NCBI GenBank assembly: GCA_964106915.2
Contig: OZ066918.1
Source of the DNA: Podarcis gaigeae
Taxonomy: Eukaryota
Reading direction: 5' to 3' (one strand)
DNA: 64,000 nt
Part shown: piece after piece, positions 34,866 to 46,553 of the stretch
How the letters are laid out: the number at the start of each line of letters is the position of its first letter
Numbering within the stretch: position 1 is the stretch's first letter
Notes under the pieces: generated by a model
Told to the model about the DNA's origin: nothing
Databases searched by the model: none
Seen by the model: the letters and a program-made list of their open reading frames with translations, nothing else
Translations under genes and position numbers: made by a program

Positions 34866-37657
34866 CAGTGTTTCCCAACCTTTTTTGGGCAAAGGCACAC
34901 TTGTTTCATGAAAAAAATCTCGAGGCACACCACCATTAGAAAATGTTTAAAAAATTAACTCTGTGCCTATATTGACTATATATAAAGTAACTCTCTTTAA
35001 TAGGAATCAAATAAACACAAAGAAAGTATTTTATAATTACTTTATTATGAAATAGTAAGTAAACAGAAATATGAAAAATTATAAAATACTTTATTCAGTG
35101 CGCAACCTGGGCCTGTTTGGCTGAACACAAAGCTGATATTCTGGCTGGAATCGAAGAAAGACACACACGTAGCTCTTCGTCAACAGCTCTCAGTCTCTCT
35201 CTGTATTTAGTTTTTATAGCAATCATGCTTGAAAAGCTCAACTCACAGAGATATGTAGTGGAAAATGGGAGCAATGTCAAAATAGCTTTGTTTGCCAGAA
35301 GGGGGAACTCCTTGGCAGTTTCCAACCAAAAACTGTCCAAAGGTAGATCAGCAAATCTTAGCTTGAAACCACGATTTTGTCTCAGTTCAGTTAGTTCCTC
35401 CTGCTCCTGTAAAGTCATGTCCTTTCCACCAACTGATGCTGAGCTATAAGGGTCCCTAACCCAGTCAAGGCATTCAGTGGAGACTGAAGAGAAATAAAAT
35501 GACAACTTCCCCTCGAGAGTTTTAAAATGTTTACCTATTATCTCACACAGTGCAGCAGTGTGAACACCTTGCCATTGCTTGGTGAGTGTGAACATTTCAA
35601 GATTGCCACTTTCCACGTGTTGATGCCAGAGTTGCACCTTTGAACGGAATCCATTTATTTTATCTGTACTTGTAAGCAGGTTTTCATTTCGGCCTTGCAT
35701 TCGTGTGTTCAGTTCATTCAGATGATGAAATATATCTGCCAGGTATGCCAGCCTTGCACACCACTCATCACTTGCAAGCAGCTTTGCGTAATCTGACCTC
35801 TCATTTGTCAGAAACACTTTAAGTTCCTCCCGCAGCTCATACACACGAACCAAGACCTTGCCACGCGACAACCACCGGACCTCCATATGAAACAGCAAGG
35901 TTTTATGCTTCGCTCCCATCTCCTCACACAAAGCTGCAAATATGCGACTTTTCACGGGTCGTGACTTTACAAAGTTTACCATGCGCACAACATCATCCAA
36001 CACATGAACTAGGTCTGCTGGTAAAGTCTTGGCTACGAGGGCCTCACGGTGCAAAAAACAATGCGTAACAATCACATCTGGATTTCTTTCCTTCACTCTG
36101 CTTACAAAGCCTTTGGTGTGTCCGACCATGGCTGCAGCTCCATCGGTGCAGACACTTGTGCAGTTTTCCCACTTAAGTCCTCCTTGTTCAAGGTATTCTG
36201 ATGTGACCCGAAAAATTTCTTCTCCTGTTGCTTTTTCTGGCAATGCCTTGCAGAAAAAGAAGTTTTCTCTAATTGCATCACCATCAACAAAACGCACATT
36301 GGCCAAGAGTTGAGCATGTCCACTGATATCAGTAGACTCGTCAAGTTGTAATGCAAATTTCTCACTGCTATGGATCTTTTCCAAAACCACACTTTCAATG
36401 TCTGCAGACATGTCATTAATACGTCTGGAAATTGTGTTGTTTGAGAGAGGGACTTTGGCTATTTCCTTAGCTGCTTCAGGTCCGAGCATCTCCTCTACAA
36501 TAGCTTTGTAGGCGGGAAGTATTAATGTCTCTGCCACAGTGTGCGACTTTTTTGACTTGGCTATAAGTTCAGCAACGTGATAGCTAGCTTTAAGACCTCT
36601 TTCATTTACCTTTGAGGTTTGTCTCATGAAAATTGCCTGTTTCTCCGTGTTTTCACGCAGGCGAACAAAATAGTCCGCATTCTTGTTTTGAAGCGAAGGG
36701 TGTTTCGTTTGGAGATGGCGTTTAAGTTTGCTTGGGACCATAGCACTGTTAGCTAGCTTTTCACCACACACCACACACAGTGGAGTTGGTTGGTTTGCAT
36801 CTCCGGTGAAAGTAAATCCAAATGAAATATAGCTTTCGCTATATTGCCTTGTGCCAGAGGATTTGCTTGAGCTAACCATCTTTGCTTTCTTTTCATGCCC
36901 ACTCATACTTGGACTCTCATCTGGCTCCAAATTTTGTTCAGAGTCCAGTTCTTTTCTTTTCAAAAACTTTTCCATCACTGCAGTATCCGGCCATCCAATT
37001 GCCACTGACCATCGGATACAGACCCCTTTTTTTTACAGCACAGCTCGCACAAATGTACACGGAACACCCTTTTCGAATTAAAACACACAGTCTCACGAGA
37101 GCAAGGAGCAGCGATTTTATATTTTACGAAAAGAAGTCGCTAGTCCTCATGGTGACAGGGTGGAAAATATTTAAAAGCAGAACCACCTTGAGGAAGGTGG
37201 AGCCATATCACATCCCGGCAGGAGGCCTAAATTGGTGGAACGCTCAGGCCCCGCCTATTCAAAGAGGACTATTAATTTGGAGAGCTGCTATCTTCCAAAC
37301 TGTGAGACGATGAGGCAAAAGGGGAGCCCTGAATGGAACTTTGCATTTTTGTCTCAACGCCGGTCTCGCGCTGCCGCTTCCCGCGCTCTCAAGGACCCGG
37401 GAGGAGGAAGGCGTGAAGGGAATCCCGAAGGCGCGAAAACCTCGCGCATGCGCAGGCCTTCCGCCTGCGACAGCCCAGTAGGCCGGCCGAAGCGAGCGGT
37501 GATGGGATGTGGGAGGGAGCTCGCTCGCCGCCCCGTGTGTGCTCGCCGCCGCCGCCCCGCCTCTCGCCGCCCGACTCGCCCGCCTCCCTCCCACGGCACA
37601 CCAGGCAACGTCTCACGGCACACTAGTGTGCCGCGGAACACCGGTTGGGAAACACTG
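34866..37657 (-). mobile_element. Full-length autonomous hAT transposon, Buster/Charlie group
   Basis: Perfect 15-bp TIRs CAGTGTTTCCCAACC (34866-34880, 37643-37657), 8-bp TSD CTCTAGAC (34858-34865, 37658-37665) with the central TA typical of Buster, GGCACAC subterminal repeats, and an internal transposase ORF. Confidence 0.97.
35095..36975 (-). CDS. hAT (Buster/ZBED5-like) transposase, 626 aa from the first ATG (MEKFLKRK...)
   Basis: BED zinc finger CVVC...[10 protein letters not shown]; catalytic [16 protein letters not shown] and CELSFS (DDE); CxxH (HCFLH); RW motif (VRWLSRG). No stops. The ORF-track start at 37005 is a GTG. Confidence 0.95.
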   Translation of the reverse strand: MEKFLKRKELDSEQNLEPDESPSMSGHEKKAKMVSSSKSSGTRQYSESYISFGFTFTGDANQPTPLCVVCGEKLANSAMVPSKLKRHLQTKHPSLQNKNADYFVRLRENTEKQAIFMRQTSKVNERGLKASYHVAELIAKSKKSHTVAETLILPAYKAIVEEMLGPEAAKEIAKVPLSNNTISRRINDMSADIESVVLEKIHSSEKFALQLDESTDISGHAQLLANVRFVDGDAIRENFFFCKALPEKATGEEIFRVTSEYLEQGGLKWENCTSVCTDGAAAMVGHTKGFVSRVKERNPDVIVTHCFLHREALVAKTLPADLVHVLDDVVRMVNFVKSRPVKSRIFAALCEEMGAKHKTLLFHMEVRWLSRGKVLVRVYELREELKVFLTNERSDYAKLLASDEWCARLAYLADIFHHLNELNTRMQGRNENLLTSTDKINGFRSKVQLWHQHVESGNLEMFTLTKQWQGVHTAALCEIIGKHFKTLEGKLSFYFSSVSTECLDWVRDPYSSASVGGKDMTLQEQEELTELRQNRGFKLRFADLPLDSFWLETAKEFPLLANKAILTLLPFSTTYLCELSFSSMIAIKTKYRERLRAVDEELRVCLSSIPARISALCSAKQAQVAH

Positions 37658-38439
37658 CTCTAGACTGCACACGGCTCTCTCATTTCCTCAGTTGTGGAAG
37701 GTCAGCTTCTGGGCAGAAAACCTGGGAAGGTGACCACTGTGCAAGGCTGGACCAAAGGGCCATATCATACACCGCCATTGTTTAAGTGGACAGCTAAGAT
37801 ACGGTACACATACATTTGAATATTTAAAGCCGTAACAACAAGCATGCATGGGCATACTTGTATTTACAAATACACTTAGCACACATAGACACAACGCTTG
37901 CTAGGGAACCAGATTGGCAGCCTCTGTTTGCAAAACAGCTCTGAGTTAAAATCGTAATTCTGTCACTTTTACAAGATGGAAGTATAACTCCTCCTGTACA
38001 TTAACTGCATGGTTATTTATTAAGCAGGGAGGCATATATGAACGTTTAATTGTTATATATTTACGTACTGGTGTACAAAAACCCATTTATATAACAGTGA
38101 TGCAGCACCAGTACATTGTGTTTTATTTTATTGCTATGGCTAGTGGCTGATTCAAATAAAGATTCTTCTGATCTGATCTGCAACACCAGCTTCTGTCAGT
38201 CAACCAAAGCACATGTAAAATACTGTCACGAAGCATTTTATAGCTACTTCCCTCATCCGGAGATTCAAAGTACTTTAAGGAAAATAACAGTGGCTGCAAC
38301 TGGGAGTTCTGGTGACACGAGAATTGCTGGAACACTCCACTGGTAATCTATTGAGGCTTCTGGCCTTTATGGCTGGATAGGCTTGAAAGTGTGAGTGATC
38401 CCTGCTGAAAAACCAGAAGTCAGAGAAGAAGCTGGTTGC

Positions 38440-38922
38440 CAGTGGTTTAATGCAGGGGTTTAGTGTGCTCTGCAACTCCCCTACAAGGAAAAGTTGCTGC
38501 ATTTTGGACTTTTTAGTTTAAAGAGAAGACAAGTCAGAGGTGACAGGATAGAAGTTTATAAAACTACGCATGGCATAGTGAGAGTGGTTAGAGGAAAGTC
38601 ATTAGCATTAGAACTTGTGAAGCCGATGGCCGGAAGATTCAGGACAGATAAAATAAAGAATTTCTTCGCCCAGTGCAGTGTTGAACTAATGGAAGATAAG
38701 GCTGTCCACAGCTACTAGCCACGTTCTGCCTCCAGGGTAAGAACCATTATACGTCTGAGCACCAGTTGCTAGCGATTGCAGGTGCGCAGAGTACTGTCAT
38801 GCTCATGCCCTGCTTGTGGGCAGCCCACAGGCATCCATCCGGTCAGCCATTGCAAGAACAGGATGCTGGACTAAATGGGCCATTGGTCTGATCCAGCCGT
38901 CTCGTCTTACATTCATATGTTA
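38440..38922 (+). mobile_element. CR1 LINE 3' fragment
   Basis: GLFSLKRRQVRGDRIEVYK...GRFRTDKIKNFF followed by a CR1-type 3' UTR. Confidence 0.85.
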
Positions 38923-39357
38923 TCATAATGAAGTAAAATAAGTAAAGTAGGAACCCATTTTGTCAGTTCACATAATTTGAAGAAGTTGCAGAAACCAGCT
39001 TTTCTCGGTGCACAGTTTGCATTGCTGGAGGCAGAATTTCCTTTTCCTTTTCAACGCAGAATAAATACTGCCCAAATGATATTCTGGTGTATAACGTACA
39101 AGGCTGGTCCACGTGTAACCCCTGCAGATACCTATTTACTTTCTCTGTGGTGAATCATTCAACATTTCTTAGATGTTATTACTGGTGCCAATGCACTTTG
39201 TACGATAACATGTAGCCAAGAATAGATCAGGTATATCAAACATTTAATCAGACAGAAATTTAGTGAAGTTGTCTGAAAAAGGAAAACAATTTAATATAAG
39301 ACCTCCCCCCCCTTTTTAAAGAAGAACCTTAAGGACTGTTTTGAACGTGTTACATAC

Positions 39358-39456
39358 CGAATAACTTCTTGAGGGATCTTAAGTTGGTCGTATTTAAGAT
39401 GGTCTCTCAGGTCACTCAGGTAATTCAGATACATTACCTTTTTTCCAAACTTGTGA
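39358..39456 (-). CDS. ARHGAP8: ARHGAP8 exon 7 ([33 protein letters not shown])
   Basis: ttttag|T acceptor, CG|gtatgt donor, 99 nt; lies within ORF 39291-39482. Confidence 0.95.
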
Positions 39457-40524
39457 CTAAAAATATAAGAAAATTTATACAAACACAGGAATTAGGAATA
39501 TTTCCTGAAAGTGTTACTTTAATATTATGAAACCTAAATGTCAACGTGAGTGCCAAAAGTGGACTATGATTAAAGCAGCCAAGGCAAAAGATGCATTCAT
39601 TTTCATTTGATCGAACATAAACATACCATGCTTGAGTCTAATTTGAATAAAAATGACTGTCTTCCATCCTAATATAACTGCTATTTGCATAGATATAGAA
39701 ACCATTGTTTTGAGAGGGAAACAAAAACCTTTATTTTAATGCAGCATTAAAAATGTATGGAAAGAGTATGTTCTGTTAAGCTTTCTATGTCAATAGTTAA
39801 GTGAAAAAAAATAGACCTTGTTGCTGGCAAAGCAATTTGTGCCTTGCTTTATATGGAAAGATTAAATTGTATGACAGCAGTTTCCATAGGTCCAATTCTT
39901 CACTGCCTTGACAGAATGGAAACCCCCTGCTCCTGCTAATATCTGGATGTAGGTGTCAGTGTTGGTTGTGTAGTTTCTATTCTGCTGCAGCTCGGATTCC
40001 AATGCAAACCAATTAATGTTGCTATTATTAGGATATTCCACTCTATTCTTTTCAATGCAAAGGAAACCCAATGCAAATTAGGGGGGAGGGGAATTACCAA
40101 TTATATATCATTTGTGGAATGAAAACAGCAATGAACACCAACTGTATTCACTGGATTGATTTCTGTTCCAGATGCATGATGAATAAGTAAACACTGGGAA
40201 TTTCCACTCCCATTTCCATTGGAATTCTCTGACAATCCCACATGTGTCGCAGGAATAATTTGATGTTGTTGTTTTTCCGGCGAGAACTTTGATCCCTACA
40301 AAGGGTTACACTTCCCAAGCAGAAATGATCTTATCTGCCCCTTCCACATGGTTCCTGCAGTCAGAGGGGCATGGGAAAGAAGCTTGGAAGCTTTTCCCGT
40401 ATTGCTGTGATAACATACGCTACAGACAAACTTGGTGCAGCACAAAACAGTCTTCTCTCTTTTTTAAAGATAGTGTCAGAAGCAGTTCGTCCAGTATTCA
40501 ACGGGACTGAGCTGAAATTGTTCC

Positions 40525-40975
40525 AAGAAAGATGATTAAGGGTCTGGAAACCAAGCCTTATGAGGAACAGTTGAGAGAGTTGGGTGTGTTTAGTTTGGGA
40601 AAGGGGAGGCTGACAGGAGATATGACAGCCATCTTCAAATATCTCAAGGAATGTCACATGGAAGATTGAATAAGCTTGTTTTCTCCTGCTGTAGAGGGTA
40701 GGAGCTGAACCAAAGGTTTGAAGTTGCAAGAAATGAGATTCTGACTAAACATCAGGAAGAACTTTCTGACAGCAAGAGCTGTTCAACAGTGGAAGAGTCT
40801 CCCTCGGAAGGTGGTGGACTCTCCCTCGGAAGGTGGTGGACTCTCCTTCCTTGGAGGTTTTTAAGCAGAGGATGGATGGCCATCTGTCATGGATGCTTTA
40901 GCAGAGATTCCTGTATTGAGAGGTTGGACCAGATGACTCTTGTGATGCCTTCCAATTCTACAATTCTATGATACT
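40525..40975 (+). mobile_element. CR1 LINE 3' fragment
   Basis: MIKGLETKPYEEQLRELGVFSL..RL.GDMTAIFKYLK and an ATTCTATG-type tail; internal 20-bp duplication at about 40798-40840. Confidence 0.9.
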
Positions 40976-42783
40976 GGGATGATTCACATCAAAATTTGAG
41001 AAGGTGTTTGCCTATTTGTTTCCATTACATTCACTCAGGACAATAATAGCCTCAGCACTCCACTCCTGTATGGTGTGTGCTCACTAACTAGACATTTACT
41101 CACTGATATTTGGGGTCTGTAAATCAGCAGAATTAGCTCCCACTGCTTTTGGGATCAATATCCCAAATTATCATGATGCTTTGTCCCTCCCACAGTTGTC
41201 CCTATGCGCATGGGACTCTGCGGCTGGCAGTCTGTGCAAGAGCATTTCACACAGGGAAGCACAAATCTCTTTGTCTCTTGAACTACACATCCTAGATTAA
41301 CAGCACACTCTCCCTTTTGTAGAGAAGGATTTGGGCCAGAAACTCACTGTTCAAAATATTGATCATTCAAACTCTGCTTCTGATTGGCTCCAGCACACCT
41401 TACAAGATCCAAACACTATGAACATAGGATAGGATATCCATAAGCATAATCAAGCATGATCTAGAACTTAATGGTAATGGGGGTAAAGTCTCAGATCTCT
41501 CGGCCCCAGAGAGAGTACCCATTCATGTATCCCTTACTTGGACCCTGAAAATAAGACACAAATTGGGCTAACATACTGTTAATATTATTCCCATTTCTGT
41601 AAATTATTCTACAGAATAACATTGAAAGTCCAGCTCTGCATGCACCAGCACCCTCTAGTGGAAGACAGCAGAAATTTTAATTAGAAGAAATTAATTAACG
41701 CAAAGAGTTGGCTTCTGCTGTCAAGGAAGTACTTTTACAGAATTAACACTCAATGTGTACAAACCTAGTTAGGCCTTCCAGGATGTTCTTCCATGATAAA
41801 ATGAAGCATTTATGCCAGCCTATTAGCGAATTCCAAAAGAAAAACACACACGAACAACCAAAAACAGATTGTGTTACCCATGGAAGCAGTGCCTTAAATA
41901 ATTTGCTCTTCACCTCAGGAGGGCTTCCTGTTCTGCAGAATCTGCTACCTTGACATCAACGTTTTATGGTTTTGCTGCTTTCTAATGGCATGGAACCCAG
42001 CCCTTTCACTCTCTCCCTGACTGGAAAAAGCCAACTTCAAGGATGGGGTGGAGATAAACATGAGTGTTTCCAATCACTACTTCAGGAAAAGGCACCCAAC
42101 ACCTACTCCTACGCCCATGAACCTCTAAACTATTCTTCCTCTCAGCTTGAAACAGAAGAAAGAAAGCAGTTCTTCTCAGGTGCCTTGTAAGTTCTTGGAT
42201 TTGGAAACATCTTGAACATTAAACACACAAACACACACACACAAATGTTCTTTGAATCTCAGCCCACCAGCTGAAATCTAAGGGAGGGGACTTTGGGAAG
42301 GAGGTGTAAGGCTCTGGCAGGGTCCTAGAGCCCTCTCACCTCCCCCCCCCCCCCAGCTAGGAAAGTGCTAACTAGGCTTTGGGAAGGAGGCAGGAGTACT
42401 CTAGGATGCTGGGAAGTTAAGTCTTATGAACTCACTGAGATTTAGTTCCATCAACACATGTTTAGGATCAGACAGCAAGTAACAGAGGAGAAAGTATCTG
42501 ACATCAACAGAGTGAGCACAATGGAACAGAGTGGGAAGAGTGAGAACTCTGAACACAGTAGACAGCAAAGTTAGGAGGAAACATAAAATAAAATAATTTC
42601 ACGTACTCATGCCTAGTCCTCATCACCCATAATATACCGGGTATTTCATTGGCAGGCTCCCCAAGTATTTTTACCTTGTGATTTCTATAACACAGATGTT
42701 TCTAGAAATCCACTTAACAATAACAAAAAAGCAAACTACCCTTCAGCTAAGCACAAAATTGTCTTCAGCAAACCAATATGTAC

Positions 42784-42870
42784 CTGATTAGAGGTTTAAA
42801 AATGTTCCAAATAATTTTTATGAAATTGGTTGGATGTACAATGTAGAGCGCTTTCAGATTTTTCTTATAC
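42784..42870 (-). CDS. ARHGAP8: ARHGAP8 exon 6 ([29 protein letters not shown])
   Basis: ctgcag|G acceptor, AG|gtacat donor, 87 nt. Confidence 0.95.
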
Positions 42871-44418
42871 CTGCAGAAAAGAAAATTAAATTGTTAGGAG
42901 ACTTCTGAACGTTACATGCTGTAGTGGAGTGGAGCTGCAATTGAATGTGGGGGGAGTTTTTATTACTGGAACATTATACAGTATTCATTTCAAGTACATC
43001 TAATTCAGAGGAATTGAATGTAAAATGAAAAGAAGAAATGGTCAGTCCTGATGGAACTGAAGTAGGTGAAGATTATACAGCGATTACATTACAAACCAGT
43101 ATCTGAATTGTTTTGTGGGTATAATAATGGTGGGGAAAATCTCTCTAAATGGAAAAAAGTGTGTGGGAAATGGAGAAAGAAAAAAGGTAGCAAGAAGGGA
43201 GAAGATCTTTAGAAATTCAAGAGATGGAAACCATTATTTGATTCCAATTTCTGTTATTCATTCATTAAAAAAGAAAGTTTCACACTGAAATGAATTTCCA
43301 ACTTAATCATTTTCCTTTAAGTATTTTACTTCGCATTCTTAAAGATACCCGAAGTATGGCACTGGCCATAATGATATATGATCAGCACAGCCCCTGGTGG
43401 AAGACCTTTCTCAAGGTCTCAAGACCTTTCTTTATAGTGACATGTTGGAGGCAGCCAGAGCAGCTCATTAGGATGCCCACACAGCCATATGAGGAGCAAG
43501 TTGAACAAGTGCCCTTCCTTGCCCTGCCCACTGCTGCTACTATCTCCCAAAGTATTTTAAAACCAAGTTCATAGTAGTCACAGGGGTTGCTGGGTGGGCT
43601 AGGTGCACCCCCACCCTGAATATCCTTTGTTTTATCCCTCTTCTGTCTAGACCTGTCACTCCTGAGCTATGCAAGATGTACTGACAGTTGAGCTGTGGGT
43701 GGTTGGAGGCAGGAAAAATTAGGTTAAAACTGTTATTGATGTGGTGCTATGCCAGTGCGAAAGATTTCCAGGACTTTGTAGCACTGCAAGGCAAATCGAA
43801 AGGAGTGAATACTCCTTTGTGCATTCTAAGTTCATGGTGGTCGGGATTCTAATAACAGGTGCAGGTTGCCTTAGAGTTTGACCGATTTGCCAGGCATATG
43901 GAGCTTCCTGCTTGTTCACTACTTTTCTGCATGAGGACAGGGACAAACAGGCGAATTTCTTGCAGAAGTGAAAACATCACTATGGGATCCAGCAGCTTGC
44001 ACTCCATCAACCCAGGGAGACTAAAGACAGCAATTCTCCCTCTCCTCGCAATGTTATTTCTATCCCATGCAACAATTGTGAAGTCAGAATGCTTCTGATA
44101 TGCCAAAAGCCTGGTAAATATTGTTAATCTGTTTTAAATCATGCCACCCTAATCATATAGGACAGAGTTCATCTAGATCTCCTCCCTTCTGTGAATGAGT
44201 GCCACAGGCCTTTCTGCAAAGGCAGCTTAAGCTCTAGGTTATTGTGATGACAAAAATAGGAAGACCAAATATGTGCTATGACGTGCGCCAGGAAGGGGCG
44301 GGCAGGATGGAAATGCAATCAATTTTTAATTAAAAGTGGGAAAAACCTGGCCAAACGATGCCTTTATAATGGTGATTTTTTATTTTTATTTTTAAAAAGC
44401 ATAATTTAGAAAACATAC

Positions 44419-44550
44419 TTCCTGTCAAATTCTTTGTAGGCGCTTTGCAACCAACTCAGGGAGGGTTTATTCTTACTGTTCAGTCCATAGTGAAAGTAGA
44501 CCACTGTGTAATCATTTTCCACATACTGGTCCAGTGCATACTTTAAATAT
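44419..44550 (-). CDS. ARHGAP8: ARHGAP8 exon 5 ([14 protein letters not shown]...YKEFDRK)
   Basis: ttccag|A acceptor, AA|gtatgt donor, 132 nt. Confidence 0.95.
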
Positions 44551-44882
44551 CTGGAATAAAAGCAACATAGAACACATCAATAAATACACCGTATTTTCAC
44601 TGTGGTTCTTTAGCTCTAAAGAAGAGAAGGAATACAGGTGCCCAATGGCCTGATACATACCATTTTCATGGTATGCTTAAGCCCAAACACTGAACATCCC
44701 CCACAGGACTTGCTAGTATTAAAAGCTTGTTCAGAGATCATTCAAATACAAAGAAAGAGCATAATTCAATGATGAAGTGAATGATGCTTGATTTTACGGC
44801 TGACGATTGGAAAGCTATAATGGATGTAGCCCCCACCCTGCCCTGCCTGTTGACACATGAGTGAAAATAAGAAAAGACTTAC

Positions 44883-44970
44883 TCTAATAAGCGTCTGTGA
44901 TTAAGTTGATAGGAAGGAGGCAAACGGCAGCAACTGAAAGCAATCACTTTTCTCCCCAAATTATCATCAC
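44883..44970 (-). CDS. ARHGAP8: ARHGAP8 exon 4 (DDNLGRKVIAFSCCRLPPSYQLNHRRLLE)
   Basis: ccag|GT acceptor, GA|gtaagt donor, 88 nt, BCH domain. Confidence 0.95.
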
Positions 44971-45702
44971 CTGGTAAACCAACAAGAGTTTAGTTATCAG
45001 GGTGATAATTTCACTCTAAATGCACATGTTTTAAACGCAAAGCTTTACATGCTGGAGGACTAAAGTTTAATAGGAGGATGTAAGATAAAATGAGAGTAGA
45101 TCAGCAATTATTAAAAACAAGCTGTTGTGGGGAGCTACTTCTCCCCCAACTCCTCTCCCAAATACCATGCAGATAACCATGTTCACAAATGGGGCTTCTG
45201 GGCTGCACTGACACAAAACCACTTGTTGCTAGAGCTTCTGAATCTATTGATGGGCCCCTGCACTCCCAGCCTGGTTTGCTCCTCCTTTGGGGTGGGATGA
45301 GGAGAGGGAGAAAAAAAGAAATGAAAGAAGTGAGATGTGGTTTCTCCCAATGCCTGCCCTATAGGAGCAGGGGTGGGCATTTGGAGAGGATCCCTAACTT
45401 GGGGCGGGGGGGGGGGAGGCTAGCAGGACAAACTGTGTTCAATAATCAATACAGGACACAGCATTTTACACTGAAATATGGGAAGATGCCGTGTTGTTAT
45501 ACAGGATGAGTGGCAGAGATCAGTCCGAGTGAGGGGCTGATCTGGTCACCCATTTGCTTTCCCTTCTACTTGCAGGCTTCTATTTTTGCCCTAACCCTCC
45601 AAGGACTGTATTTCTTTATTACAGGTTAAATAACTTAAAGCAGAAAAATTAAATGATTTGCAAATACAAAGAAGATGCCAAAGAGGTTTTCAGCAAACAT
45701 AC

Positions 45703-45843
45703 CTACAAGGTGAAGTATATTATGTCTGGCCACATCATAATATGGGTGTGTTGGGCTTATTTCAGCATCACCATTTGACACAGATGCAAATGATACCTGG
45801 CTCCCTTCAAGTTCTGCATTTTCTGCCTCATCTTTCCTTAATT
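45703..45843 (-). CDS. ARHGAP8: ARHGAP8 exon 3 (ELRKDE...HPYYDVARHNILHLVG)
   Basis: cttcag|AA acceptor, G|gtatgt donor, 141 nt, conserved HPYYDVARH motif. Confidence 0.93.
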
Positions 45844-46407
45844 CTGAAGCAAAAAACATATTTAGGTACATTTACAAAAAAACAACAACCCAGTAACTCA
45901 GGACCAAATAATTAAAAAAAGAATACTGTTCTTTATTAATATATTCCAGTTATTCAGATGCCAAGTACTTCTAGTCCAGATTCCTGTTTGCTGGCAAGCA
46001 AATCCATCTGGGCAGCTCACAACTGGGGCTTGAAGACTGCCACTCTCCCTTGCTGGGGTTTCCAGTATTGACAGGTCTGTGACCACTGCTAGATGGTGAA
46101 ATTGCCCACTCCCCCTTTAAAGCCATATAAGCTAATGACAATCACTGTGTTTTTATGGCAGTGAATTTCCAGTGATGGGTTTTTAATTTTGTCTATTTTA
46201 CCTTTTTTAATTTATAAAATTTCTATACCGCCCTCATTCGAAGATCAAAGGGCAGTTTACAATACAAAACACAAAAATACATACAAGAATAACAAACAAA
46301 ACCAATAAACCTCCCACACACAGTTATTTGTTTTTATTGAATCCGTGTTCATACAACAGTTATCCAAAATGCCTATGTATTTGTTATAAAACACTACTGT
46401 TTGATGT

Positions 46408-46553
46408 TGCGATAGCTCAGTCTGTAGTGCATGAGACTGGTGCATGAGTGCATGGTTTGATTCCATGTTGGACAGACGATTCCTGCATTGCAGGGAGGTT
46501 GATTAGACAACCCTTGTGGTGTCTTCCCACCCTGCAATTCTAAATCTATGATG
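46408..46553 (+). mobile_element. Degenerate tRNA-derived SINE with a CR1-type tail
   Basis: TAGCTCAGTC A-box, GGTTTGATTCC B-box-like motif, and a TTCCCACCCTGCAATTCTA...CTATG tail. A related copy lies at about 17895-18005. Confidence 0.55.

Noticed and set aside
35095-36975. Domesticated ZBED5/ZBED8/SCAND3 host gene
   Set aside because: Perfect TIRs and TSD in an intronic position indicate a transposon copy rather than a host gene.
36975-37020. In-frame ARHGAP8-transposase fusion by splicing from exon 7
   Set aside because: The AGs just upstream of the transposase ATG lack polypyrimidine tracts and would need phase 1, whereas exon 7 ends in phase 2.
43849-44106. Possible extra ARHGAP8 exon (ORF DRNNIARRGRIAVFS...)
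   Set aside because: Exons 5 and 6 already join in frame with continuous homology, and the ORF does not resemble the family.
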